Shown here: piece by piece, positions 9,994-20,941 of the stretch
Layout: each line of letters starts with the position of its first letter
Position numbering within the stretch: position 1 is the first letter of the stretch
Origin: Spirochaetia bacterium
GTDB taxonomy: Bacteria; Spirochaetota; Spirochaetia; UBA9216
Length of the DNA: 64,000 nt
Assembly: GCA_963677925.2 (NCBI GenBank)
Contig: CAXXYH010000003.1
Location: 288,001-352,000 of the forward strand
Direction: 5' to 3'
Made by a program: the position numbers and the translations under genes
Notes under the pieces: model-generated
Seen by the model: only the letters and a program-made list of their open reading frames with translations
Told to the model about the DNA's origin: nothing
The model's database searches: none

Positions 9994-10876
9994 TCTGTCA
10001 GTAAAAATTAATGGAATTGACTTCTTAAATCCTGTAATGCCGGCTGCCGGACCGAATGTAAAAACAGCTGTTCTAATGACCAGGGCTGCACAGCTCGGGG
10101 CGGGTGCAATTGTTTCAAAAACCTTTTCAGTGAAACCTGCATCAGACCCAAGACCGACGATGAAGAAGATAAGGGATGGCGGACTTCTGAACTGCGAAAC
10201 ATGGCTTGAGGACAGTTACAGCAATTTCATTGATGAACTGCATAAAGTAAAAGAAAACAATATACCGCTCATTGTTTCAATAGGTTACAGCGCAGAGGAT
10301 GTAAATTTCCTGGGCAGTCTGCTTGAAAGGGAAATTAAACCGGACGCAGTTGAATTCTCAACCCATTACACGGGCCATGATGTTGAACCGCTGGTTGATG
10401 TAGCAGAATCACTGCGGAATAGTGTTAAGGTCCCTGTATGGATGAAGATTTCCCCGGGCTTTCCCGACATCGAAAAACTTGTACTTGCAGCAGAACCCTT
10501 TGTCGACGCTTTTGTTGCGGTTAATTCACTAGGACCGGCACTCGATTTCGATCCGGTCAAATGCAGACCTTCATTAGGTTCTGACTGGGGTCAGGGCTGG
10601 ATATCCGGACCTCCGCTGATGCCTGTTGCCCTGGCGGTTGTTCACAGGCTTTCCATGACAGTAAAAAAACCGATTGTCGGCGTCGGCGGAATCACCACCG
10701 GTGAGGATGCGGTAAAGTTCCTCATGGCGGGAGCCTCCGCGGTTCAAGTCTGTACAGCGGCTATTCATGAGGGGCCGTCAGCATACGGCAGGATTGCTGA
10801 AGAGATAAATACCTGGCTTGATGACAATAACTATTCTGAGATAAAGGAAATAATCGGACTTTATAGAAAAAATTAA
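9986..10876 (+). CDS. Dihydroorotate/dihydropyrimidine dehydrogenase-like FMN TIM barrel lacking the NxSCP catalytic motif
   Basis: NPVMPAAGP, SKT, MKISP, VNS, WISG, GVGGI, GASAVQVCTA; EFSTHY where class 1 enzymes have ELNxSCP. Confidence 0.8.
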   Translation: MADLSVKINGIDFLNPVMPAAGPNVKTAVLMTRAAQLGAGAIVSKTFSVKPASDPRPTMKKIRDGGLLNCETWLEDSYSNFIDELHKVKENNIPLIVSIGYSAEDVNFLGSLLEREIKPDAVEFSTHYTGHDVEPLVDVAESLRNSVKVPVWMKISPGFPDIEKLVLAAEPFVDAFVAVNSLGPALDFDPVKCRPSLGSDWGQGWISGPPLMPVALAVVHRLSMTVKKPIVGVGGITTGEDAVKFLMAGASAVQVCTAAIHEGPSAYGRIAEEINTWLDDNNYSEIKEIIGLYRKN

Positions 10877-10893
10877 TATCAGGAGTTTTTAGA

Positions 10894-12114
10894 ATGACAT
10901 CCGAAATTTACAGCCTCATAGAAGACCTTTCCCAAAAATACAGGGACTACACTGCAGACAATCTGTCAAAGATTGTTCAAATACCAAGTTTCAGCGGTCA
11001 GGAGGAGGATGTTATAAAAAAACTTCAGTCGCTATGCGTAACGGCAGGTTTTGATGATGTCTATATCGACGGACTCGGAAATCTGATTGGACGTGTAGGA
11101 AACGGTCCGATGAAAATTGCATTCGACGCACATATTGATACGGTAACAGTCGGTGATGAAAAACAATGGACTACTCCGCCCTTCTCCGGTGAAATAACAG
11201 AAGAACTGGTAAAAGGCAGAGGAGCAGCAGATCAGAAAGGCGGTGCAGCATCTATGATAACCGCCGGACGTATGCTGAAGGAATTGGGCTATGACGGAAA
11301 GTTCTCAGTATTTTTCACATTTACAGTCATGGAAGAAGACTGCGACGGCATGTGCTGGAAATTCATTATTGAAGAAGAAAAGCTTGTACCTGATTATTTC
11401 GTAAGCACCGAGCCCTCATCCTGCAATCTGTACCGCGGTCACCGCGGCAGAATGGAAATGGAAGTAATTTTCAAGGGAGTTTCCTGTCACGGCAGTGCTC
11501 CGGAACGCGGAGAAAGTGCTGCATATAAGGCTGCTAGAGGTGCATTAGCAGCAGAAAAACTCAATGAAGAACTGGAACCTGATGAGGATAATTTTCTCGG
11601 AAAGGGCACTGTTGTTGTTTCTGTTATGGACGCCCACGGACCGTCTCAATGCGCAGTCCCCGATCAGGCAAAACTCTATCTTGATCGAAGGCTGACATGG
11701 GGCGAAACCGAGGAACTTGCTGTAGAGCAAATTAAAAAAATCATGCCTGATGCTGAATCAGTTACAGTACCCTACTATGATAAAATCAGCTGGAAAGGAA
11801 CTAAATACGGCCAGCCGCTTTATTTCCCTACCTGGAAGATAGGTCGTGAGCATAAACTTGTTACATCAGGAGAGTCTGCGTACCGAAGCCTGTTTAACAA
11901 GGATGTAAAGGTTGACAAGTGGACTTTCTCGACCAATGCAGTGTCAGTTTGCGGGCGTCACGGAATTCCTTCAATAGGCTTCGGGCCTGGTGATGAAAAC
12001 CAGGCTCACGCACCGAATGAAGTTAACCGGATTGATGACCTCAGGCTGTGCAGCGCCTTTTATACAGCCCTTGTCTACTCGCTTGAAGCACAGCTTGAAG
12101 GTAACCAAAATTGA
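10894..12114 (+). CDS. ygeY: YgeY family M20 hydrolase
   Basis: FDAHIDTV, GRGAADQKGG, VMEEDCDG, GHRGRME, WTFSTN, AHAPNE. Confidence 0.9.
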   Translation: MTSEIYSLIEDLSQKYRDYTADNLSKIVQIPSFSGQEEDVIKKLQSLCVTAGFDDVYIDGLGNLIGRVGNGPMKIAFDAHIDTVTVGDEKQWTTPPFSGEITEELVKGRGAADQKGGAASMITAGRMLKELGYDGKFSVFFTFTVMEEDCDGMCWKFIIEEEKLVPDYFVSTEPSSCNLYRGHRGRMEMEVIFKGVSCHGSAPERGESAAYKAARGALAAEKLNEELEPDEDNFLGKGTVVVSVMDAHGPSQCAVPDQAKLYLDRRLTWGETEELAVEQIKKIMPDAESVTVPYYDKISWKGTKYGQPLYFPTWKIGREHKLVTSGESAYRSLFNKDVKVDKWTFSTNAVSVCGRHGIPSIGFGPGDENQAHAPNEVNRIDDLRLCSAFYTALVYSLEAQLEGNQN

Positions 12115-13277
12115 AATTTTATTACAGATGTTCTGACTGCGGTAAAACCTATGATATCAAACCAGATGTATATCTGTGTCCTTCATGTTCTTCAAGACAG
12201 CCTGAAAACAGGCCCCTAAAAGGAGTTCTTGAAACAACATTTGAAGGCAAAACGGATCCAGATACAAAAGATCACAAAGATTTCATTCATCGGCTCCTTC
12301 CGGTAGAAAAAAAATATTTCCCGCCTGTGCCTGTGGGAAGTACCCCGCTATGGAAGCCGGAAAATCTCCGTAGAGAACTAAATCTTGAAGAACTGTATAT
12401 CAAGGATGATACTCTTAATCCAACCGGAAGTCTGAAGGATCGTGCATCCTACCTTGTTTCCGCATTTGCTAATAAATACAGGATAAATGAAATAACAGTT
12501 GCTTCGACAGGAAATGCGGCTTCATCCATGTCCGGAATCGGAGCATCAGCAGGGCAGAAAATAAAAATCTTTATACCTAAATCTGCACCAAAAGCAAAAA
12601 TGGTTCAGTCGCTTCAGTACGGGGCAGAAGTTACTCTTGTTGAAGGAACTTATGATCTGGCCTTTGATCAGTCAATCGCTTACACGAAAGAGAACGGAGG
12701 TTTGAACAGGAACACAGCTTTTAATCCTCTTACACTTGCAGGGAAAAAAACCGCTGCTCTTGAAATATTTCTCCAGCTGGGGAAGGTTCCTGACTATCTC
12801 TTTGTTCCTGTAGGAGACGGTGTAATTCTCGGAGGACTATACAGAGGTTTTGAAGATTTAATCCGTCTCGGACTTTCAGAAAAAGTTCCGGTTATTCACA
12901 GCGTTCAGGCCGAGGGCTCAAATGCCATAAACAGAGCCTTAAAAAACGGAGATTTCTCGGATCCGGTTTCATCCTCAACAGTAGCAGATTCAATTTCAGT
13001 TGATATTCCCCGAAACGGTTATCTTGCCATGAAAAAACTGATACAGCATTCAGGAGTCGGGGTAGATGTTTCAGACACCGAAATCCTTTCAGCACAGAAA
13101 AAACTCGCATCAACCACAGGGCTGTTCGCAGAGCCTTCATCGTCCTCTGTGCTGGCAGGGCTGCTCGCATTCAGAAAACAAATTCCGGATCGTGCTGCTG
13201 TTGTTCTACTCGTAACAGGCAGCGGCTTAAAAGACATCGACGGAGCAATGAAAGGGCTTGAATTAAACGGAGTTTAA
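12111..13277 (+). CDS. Threonine-synthase-like PLP fold-II enzyme with N-terminal CxxC..CxxC zinc ribbon; TTG start
   Basis: GSTPL, NPTGSLKDRAS, ASTGNAA, PVGDG, AEPSS, TGSGLK. Confidence 0.85.
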   Translation: MKFYYRCSDCGKTYDIKPDVYLCPSCSSRQPENRPLKGVLETTFEGKTDPDTKDHKDFIHRLLPVEKKYFPPVPVGSTPLWKPENLRRELNLEELYIKDDTLNPTGSLKDRASYLVSAFANKYRINEITVASTGNAASSMSGIGASAGQKIKIFIPKSAPKAKMVQSLQYGAEVTLVEGTYDLAFDQSIAYTKENGGLNRNTAFNPLTLAGKKTAALEIFLQLGKVPDYLFVPVGDGVILGGLYRGFEDLIRLGLSEKVPVIHSVQAEGSNAINRALKNGDFSDPVSSSTVADSISVDIPRNGYLAMKKLIQHSGVGVDVSDTEILSAQKKLASTTGLFAEPSSSSVLAGLLAFRKQIPDRAAVVLLVTGSGLKDIDGAMKGLELNGV

Positions 13278-13278
13278 T

Positions 13279-15417
13279 ATGCACAAAATAAGTAATCCGG
13301 TAATCAGAACAGATGCAGCCTCCAAGGCATCAGGGAAGGCGGAATACACCGCGGATCTTGATTTTGAAGGACTTACCTGGGGTATACCTGTGGCCTCTTC
13401 AATTCAATGCGGAACTATTGAATCTATCCGTTACCCCGAACTGCCTGAAGGTTATTTTATAACAGGCGCAGATGACATAGACGGCCTTAACAGAGCAAGC
13501 ATTGTAGCACAGGATTGGCCGGTTTTTGCTGAGAAGGAAATTTCTTTCTACGGACAGACAATATGTGTAGTATCAGGACCTGACCAGAACATATGCAGGG
13601 CATTGGCAGCCAATATTAAAATAGATTATTTCCAGACAGACGCGGTTTCCGGGATCGGGGAATCTGCAGAGTGGTTCAATGATTATCATATTAAAAAGGG
13701 AGATCCTGAAAAGAGTTTCAGTTCGGCATGGAAAATCTTTGTTAATGAATTCCGTACAGGTATTCAGGAACAGGCATATATGGAACCTCAGGCAATGACT
13801 GCCGTCTATAACAACGGCAGTTTAACAATATACGGGTCACTTCAATGTCCCTATTATGTTAAGAATTCAATTGCGGCCAGTTTCAAACTTGACCCCGAGA
13901 AGATACGGATTATTCAGTCTGTAACCGGAGGGGCTTTTGGAGGCAAAGAAGATTATCCCTCAATACTTGCATCCCAGGCTGCTGCTGCTGCAATAAAATC
14001 AGGTTCCCCTGTTCGGATAGTTCTTGACCGCCGATATGACATGACCGTCACTCCAAAGCGCCACCCTTCTGTCATACGAATACGTACTGCGGTAGATAAA
14101 GAAGGTCGAATTACAGCACTCGATATAGATACTAAAATTGACGCCGGTGCCTTTCAGACTCTATCAGGTGTAGTACTTGAACGTGCAGTTTTTATCTGCA
14201 GCGGAGCGTACAATATAGAAAATCTAAAAGTTCGCGGAAGAACGATGAAAACTAATCATGTGCCTTCCGGAGCGTTCAGAGGGTTTGGAGGCCCGCAGGC
14301 TTTGTTTGCTGCAGAGATGAATATGTATGCAGTTGCAAAGGCACTTAAACAGGATCCATCCGGGTTTAAATTAAATCATTTGCTTAAAAAAGGAGACCTG
14401 TCGGTTACCGGAGGGCGTTTCCGCGAAGATATACTTCTTAAACAGATGTTTGAGAAGGTTAATAAAGTATCCGGATATACAGAAAAATATGAACGTTATT
14501 CAAAGCCGGAAAATTTGCAGAGCCGTAAGATACGAGGCATAGGTATATCATATGCTGCACACGGAGGCGCCTTTACCGGAAGCGGTGAACAGGAAATCAT
14601 AAAAAGTCTCGTAAGGCTGAAAGCTTCTCCTGCCGATTCCGACCCTGATAAACCCGTAATAACAGTGCTGGTTTCAAATGTTGAAATGGGTCAGGGAGCA
14701 TCAACCACTCTTAGAAAGATAGTTGCTGAAACAATGAATATCCCGCTTTGTAACATTGTTTTTCAGCAGCCTGATACTGCTGAGGTTCCTGATTCAGGGC
14801 CGACGGTAGCTTCCCGCACGGTAATGATTGTAGGCAAGCTTCTCGCCGATGCTGCAGCTGAACTGTCATTAAAACTCAAAGATTCTGTAAGTAATTATTC
14901 AGATGCAATTACCGTGGAAAAGCGGTATGTGCATCCACCAGGACTTGTTTGGGATGAAAAGACATTCAGCGGTGATGCTTATCCAGGATACAGCTGGTCG
15001 GTAAATGTCGTCGAAGTGGAAGTCGACAGCCTAACCAGACAGATTGAGGTAAAGGGCTCCTGGGCAGTTTATGATGTCGGAACGCCGATCGATCTTACCA
15101 TACTTAAGGGACAGATGCAGGGAGGAACAGTCCAGGCATTCGGATATTCAACAATAGAAAACATGACGCTTCGCAATGGAAAATTCGCCCAGGCTTCTTT
15201 TACAGACTATACAATTCCCACAACAATGGATTTTCCTGACACCGAATGCCAATTCATGGATAACCCATACCCCCGCGGCCCCTTCGGAGCCAAGGCTGCA
15301 GGAGAACTTCCAAACGAAGGGCCTGCTGCAGCTGTAGCAGCAGCTGTATCTCAGGCTACAGGGAAAATACAGTACAGCATACCTATAACACCTGAAATGC
15401 TCGAGGAACAGTCATGA
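13279..15417 (+). CDS. Xanthine dehydrogenase family molybdopterin-binding subunit (XdhA/PucD-like)
   Basis: QAYMEPQ, QCPYYV, GGAFGGKEDY, AFRGFGGPQ, EMGQG, GPTVASRT, GAKAAGE. Confidence 0.92.
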   Translation: MHKISNPVIRTDAASKASGKAEYTADLDFEGLTWGIPVASSIQCGTIESIRYPELPEGYFITGADDIDGLNRASIVAQDWPVFAEKEISFYGQTICVVSGPDQNICRALAANIKIDYFQTDAVSGIGESAEWFNDYHIKKGDPEKSFSSAWKIFVNEFRTGIQEQAYMEPQAMTAVYNNGSLTIYGSLQCPYYVKNSIAASFKLDPEKIRIIQSVTGGAFGGKEDYPSILASQAAAAAIKSGSPVRIVLDRRYDMTVTPKRHPSVIRIRTAVDKEGRITALDIDTKIDAGAFQTLSGVVLERAVFICSGAYNIENLKVRGRTMKTNHVPSGAFRGFGGPQALFAAEMNMYAVAKALKQDPSGFKLNHLLKKGDLSVTGGRFREDILLKQMFEKVNKVSGYTEKYERYSKPENLQSRKIRGIGISYAAHGGAFTGSGEQEIIKSLVRLKASPADSDPDKPVITVLVSNVEMGQGASTTLRKIVAETMNIPLCNIVFQQPDTAEVPDSGPTVASRTVMIVGKLLADAAAELSLKLKDSVSNYSDAITVEKRYVHPPGLVWDEKTFSGDAYPGYSWSVNVVEVEVDSLTRQIEVKGSWAVYDVGTPIDLTILKGQMQGGTVQAFGYSTIENMTLRNGKFAQASFTDYTIPTTMDFPDTECQFMDNPYPRGPFGAKAAGELPNEGPAAAVAAAVSQATGKIQYSIPITPEMLEEQS

Positions 15418-15908
15418 ACAGCAATGTAAAAATTAACCTGAAATTTAATCTGAATGGAAAAGATATTGAAATAACTGCGGGCTCTTCTGAGCGTCTGCTT
15501 GATATTCTGCGGAATAAATTTGAACTGACAGGTGTCAAGGAAGGCTGCGGTGAGGGCGAATGCGGCGCCTGCAGTATCCTGAGAAACGGAAGGCTTGTAA
15601 ATTCCTGCACTATACCTGCGGCAGCAGTAGATGGCGATGAAATTATAACCATAGAAGGTTTCAGTAAAACCGAGGAATTCAGGATAATTTCAGAAGCATA
15701 TGCTCAATGCGGCGCTGTACAGTGCGGATTCTGTACACCGGGGTTCATACTGGCAACAGCAGCTTTGCTTAGAAAAAACCCGAATCCTGATGATGAACAG
15801 ATAAAAGAAGGTCTTTCAGGTAATCTCTGCCGCTGCACAGGATACAGTATGATTATGGAAGCTGTAAAAACCGCTTCTCAAAACGGAGCACACATATGGC
15901 GGAAATAA
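15414..15908 (+). CDS. Xanthine dehydrogenase family 2Fe-2S subunit
   Basis: KEGCGEGECGAC, QCGFCTPG, GNLCRCTGY. Confidence 0.95.
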   Translation: MNSNVKINLKFNLNGKDIEITAGSSERLLDILRNKFELTGVKEGCGEGECGACSILRNGRLVNSCTIPAAAVDGDEIITIEGFSKTEEFRIISEAYAQCGAVQCGFCTPGFILATAALLRKNPNPDDEQIKEGLSGNLCRCTGYSMIMEAVKTASQNGAHIWRK

Positions 15909-16819
15909 TTAACCTCTCACCGAAAAATATAGAAGATGCACTGCTTCTGCTCGAAAAAGGTTTCATACCTGTTGCAGGCGGTTCAGATTTAATGGTCAGA
16001 CGTCATGCCTTATTAAACCAGGGCTCTTCGTTTCCATCTGATACCCGAAATCGTGATTTTCCTGAAATCTTCTATACCGGTCACATAAAAGATTTTGATG
16101 TGATTGAAAAAGACTGCTCGCTGTTTTATGCCGGGGCTTCTGTTGTCCTGTCCGACCTGATTGAACACAGTGATACCCCTCCGCCTCTAGTAGAAGCGTT
16201 AAAACACATTGCTTCCCCCGGAATACGAAATACCGCAACCCTTGCAGGCAATATCTGCAACGCAAGCCCTGCCGCGGATTCCTTACCTGTGCTGTATATC
16301 CTTGATACTGAAATTGAATGTATTTCATTAATAAATAAGAAAAACAGTAACGCCGGAACCACAATAAGAAAAGTTGCAATAGATGATTTCATCACAGGAC
16401 CGGGATCTACTGACTTAAAAGCAGGTGAACTTCTTCGCGGTATCAGCATGACATATGATTCCGATTTGCAGACGAAATTTATCAAAGTAGGAACAAGGGC
16501 TGCAAATGCACTATCCAAGCTCAGCATTGCGGCAGCATGGGAACTTGTAGACGGGAATATAGAAGATATTAGAATAGCAGTAGGGGCCTGCGGTCCGAAG
16601 GTAATAAGAAGCGAAGAAGCTGAAGACCTGTTAACCGGTATAAATCCTTCAGAAGATTATGAAAAAATTAATCGTGCTGTTGAAATATATTCCAGTCTTT
16701 TAAAACCTATTAACGATCAGCGAAGTACTGCTCTATACAGATTTAATACTGCACTTCGGCTAATAAAAGATATTATCATTTCCACCGGAGATAAAGATGC
16801 TGATACTGAAAAATCTTAA
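15896..16819 (+). CDS. Xanthine dehydrogenase family FAD-binding subunit
   Basis: AGGSDL, IASPGIRNTATLAGNICNASPAAD, PINDQRST.LYR. Confidence 0.93.
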   Translation: MAEIINLSPKNIEDALLLLEKGFIPVAGGSDLMVRRHALLNQGSSFPSDTRNRDFPEIFYTGHIKDFDVIEKDCSLFYAGASVVLSDLIEHSDTPPPLVEALKHIASPGIRNTATLAGNICNASPAADSLPVLYILDTEIECISLINKKNSNAGTTIRKVAIDDFITGPGSTDLKAGELLRGISMTYDSDLQTKFIKVGTRAANALSKLSIAAAWELVDGNIEDIRIAVGACGPKVIRSEEAEDLLTGINPSEDYEKINRAVEIYSSLLKPINDQRSTALYRFNTALRLIKDIIISTGDKDADTEKS

Positions 16820-18158
16820 ATCTTTATACGATGGTTCACAACTGTATTCTGATGTGAACCTCATTATTAACGGAAACATCATTGAGGCTGTTGTAAGTAC
16901 AGCTGACATGGATTTTTCTCATTACCCTTCTCATGAAATAATCGACTGTTCAGGATGCATAGCAGTTCCCGGTTTTGTAAATACCCATCATCATTTCTAT
17001 CAGGTACTCACCCGCAATCTTCCTGAAGTACAGAATGCCGAACTTTTTGAATGGCTGGTTTTTCTCTATGAAAAATGGAAAAATATAGATTCTGAAGCGG
17101 TTTATTATTCTTCACTTTGCGCTTCAGCTGAATTAATGAAGACCGGATGTACATGTTCAACAGATCACCATTATCTTTATCCTTCCGGTTTTACCGGTGA
17201 TATTATGGGGCTTCAGTTTGAAGCAGCCGGAAAACTGGGTTTACGTTTTTCACCCACACGCGGCTCAATGTCACTCAGCAGAAAAGACGGTGGGCTGCCA
17301 CCTGATACAGTTGTACAGACAGGTACAGAAATAATCAAAGACAGTGAACGCGTAATCCGTGAGTTCCATGATGAGGATAGATATTCCATGCAGCGGATTA
17401 TACTTGCTCCCTGCAGCCCTTTTTCTGTTACTACAGAACTCATGAAGCAAACCGCTTTACTCGCACGTGAGAAGAACGTCCTTCTTCACACTCATCTTGC
17501 CGAAACCTTCGATGAGAATGATTTCTGTATCAAGAAACATGGAATAAGGCCGCTGGAGCTGATGAAAAGCTGTGATTTTACAGGCCCTGATGTTTCATTT
17601 GCCCATGGAATACATTTTAATGATGAGGAACTTTCCTACCTGAAAGATTCAGGATGCTGTATATGCCATTGCCCATCATCCAACATGCGGCTTGGCTCGG
17701 GAATTGCCCGTATCAGAGAGATGATTGATCTCGGAATTAATGTCAGTCTTGCTGTTGACGGTTCAGCATCGAATGACAGCTGCGATATGCTGGGTGAGAT
17801 AAGAGCCGCTCTGATGCTGCAGAGAATTAAATACGGAGCATCCGGATTGACAGTTAAAGAAGCCTTCAGCATGGCCTCTGCCGGCGGAGCTAAAACACTT
17901 AATTACGATACTATCGGATATATTAAACAGGGCTATGCTGCAGATGTTGCAGTCTTTGATATCTCAGGATTGGAATACTCAGGCTCAGAGTCCGATCCGC
18001 TCGCATCACTTATTTTCTGCGGGCATAATCACACTACTAAATATACGATAGTCAACGGAAAGATTACTGTCTATAAAGGAGAACTTACAGGATTTGATGA
18101 AGAGGAACTCTCATTTAAAACAAGAGAGATATCTTCAGCGCTTCTTAATAAATTCTAA
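16797..18158 (+). CDS. 8-oxoguanine deaminase-like (AtzB family) amidohydrolase
   Basis: NTHHHFYQ, DHHY, RGSMS, APCSPF, HTHLAET, HCPSSNMRLGSG, VDGSASND. Confidence 0.85.
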   Translation: MLILKNLKSLYDGSQLYSDVNLIINGNIIEAVVSTADMDFSHYPSHEIIDCSGCIAVPGFVNTHHHFYQVLTRNLPEVQNAELFEWLVFLYEKWKNIDSEAVYYSSLCASAELMKTGCTCSTDHHYLYPSGFTGDIMGLQFEAAGKLGLRFSPTRGSMSLSRKDGGLPPDTVVQTGTEIIKDSERVIREFHDEDRYSMQRIILAPCSPFSVTTELMKQTALLAREKNVLLHTHLAETFDENDFCIKKHGIRPLELMKSCDFTGPDVSFAHGIHFNDEELSYLKDSGCCICHCPSSNMRLGSGIARIREMIDLGINVSLAVDGSASNDSCDMLGEIRAALMLQRIKYGASGLTVKEAFSMASAGGAKTLNYDTIGYIKQGYAADVAVFDISGLEYSGSESDPLASLIFCGHNHTTKYTIVNGKITVYKGELTGFDEEELSFKTREISSALLNKF

Positions 18159-18188
18159 TCTGCAAAATTTCTAAAAGAGAGGATAAAT

Positions 18189-19388
18189 ATGGAGAACAGG
18201 GAAATAAAAAAATTACTTACTGAACTTAACAGCCTTGACTGGTCAAAGATGTTCGGAGGAGATTTTCTGCTCACCTGGGATAAAACATTCGACGAACTTG
18301 ATGCCGTTTTCAAAACCGCTGAACTGCTCAGGCTGCTGCGTAAAGCCAATATATCTCCAAGAATATTTGATTCCGGTCTTGCTGTTTCAATCTTCAGGGA
18401 TAATTCCACCAGAACAAGGTTTTCTTTTGCCAGTGCTGCAAACCTGCTTGGCCTAACGGTTCAGGATCTTGATGAACAGAAATCTCAGATCGCACACGGA
18501 GAAACCGTCAGAGAAACCGCATGTATGATTAGTTTTCTTACAGAAGCAATCGGAATAAGAGATGATATCTTCATAGGAGAAGGACACACCTACATGACGG
18601 AAGTAGCAAAATCACTCAGTGAAGATTTTAAGGACGGCATTATTCCTTCAAGACCTGCACTTGTGAACCTTCAGTGCGATCTTGACCACCCGACTCAGGG
18701 TATGGCTGATACACTACACCTCATAAATACCTTCGGCGGTATTGACCAGCTCAAGGGTAAAAAGGTAGCAATGACCTGGGCATATTCTCCATCTTACGGG
18801 AAACCTCTTTCTGTTCCGCAGGGAGTGATCGGGTTGATGAGCCGCTTCGGAATGGATGTGAGTCTTGCATATCCGAAGGGGTACAATCTTATAGATGAAA
18901 CAGTTGAAATTGCAAAAGGATTTTCTGCTAAAAGCGGCGGAAGCTTTACTGTCACAAACTCAATGGAAGAAGCATTTGAAGGTGCTGATATAGTTTACCC
19001 GAAAAGCTGGGCTCCTTTCAGCGTGATGGAAAAACGTACTAAACTATTTCGGGAAAATGATCGTGAGGGTCTTGTTCAGTTAGAGAAAAACTGTCTGGAA
19101 CAGAACAAAGATTATATGTCATGGGAATGCAGTGAAGAACTTATGACTAAGACAAAAAACGGAAAAGCCGTGTATATGCATTGCCTGCCGGCAGATATAA
19201 GCGGAGTGAGCTGTGAACATGGAGAAGTAGCGGCTTCTGTATTTGACAGGTATCGTAAAACAACTTATATAGAAGCAGGATATAAACCTTATATAATTGC
19301 CGCCATGATCTTTTTAAGCAAGGTCATGAATCCTGTTTCAGGAATTCATGATCTTATTAAAAAGTCATCTTTCAGATCTCTAATATAG
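18189..19388 (+). CDS. ygeW: Knotted carbamoyltransferase YgeW
   Basis: DFLLTW, FRDNSTRTRFSF, HPTQ, WAYSPSYGKPLSVPQG, YPKSW, HCLP. Confidence 0.95.
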   Translation: MENREIKKLLTELNSLDWSKMFGGDFLLTWDKTFDELDAVFKTAELLRLLRKANISPRIFDSGLAVSIFRDNSTRTRFSFASAANLLGLTVQDLDEQKSQIAHGETVRETACMISFLTEAIGIRDDIFIGEGHTYMTEVAKSLSEDFKDGIIPSRPALVNLQCDLDHPTQGMADTLHLINTFGGIDQLKGKKVAMTWAYSPSYGKPLSVPQGVIGLMSRFGMDVSLAYPKGYNLIDETVEIAKGFSAKSGGSFTVTNSMEEAFEGADIVYPKSWAPFSVMEKRTKLFRENDREGLVQLEKNCLEQNKDYMSWECSEELMTKTKNGKAVYMHCLPADISGVSCEHGEVAASVFDRYRKTTYIEAGYKPYIIAAMIFLSKVMNPVSGIHDLIKKSSFRSLI

Positions 19389-19401
19389 TAAATGTTTTAC
19401 A

Positions 19402-19438
19402 TAAAAAGAGCTGTCCGAAGTAACACTAAGGACAGCTC
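19402..19438 (-). terminator. Intrinsic terminator between convergent ygeW and gdhA
   Basis: GAGCTGTCC-N13-GGACAGCTC with a U tract on the minus strand. Confidence 0.7.
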
Positions 19439-19478
19439 AAAATATTAGTTGGAAAAAGTGATTTAAATTTTAACCTGA

Positions 19479-20897
<1,419 letters not shown>

Positions 20898-20941
20898 GAA
20901 AAAATACTTCATTTTTTTCACATAAATCTCTGTTATATCTC

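Noticed and set aside
9986-13277. Symbols pyrD and thrC
   Set aside because: The catalytic motif is missing (pyrD) and the context is catabolic with no biosynthetic partners
5131-19388. Selenocysteine readthrough in a cluster often linked to selenium
   Set aside because: All ORFs look complete, and the TGA stops overlap the next gene's start
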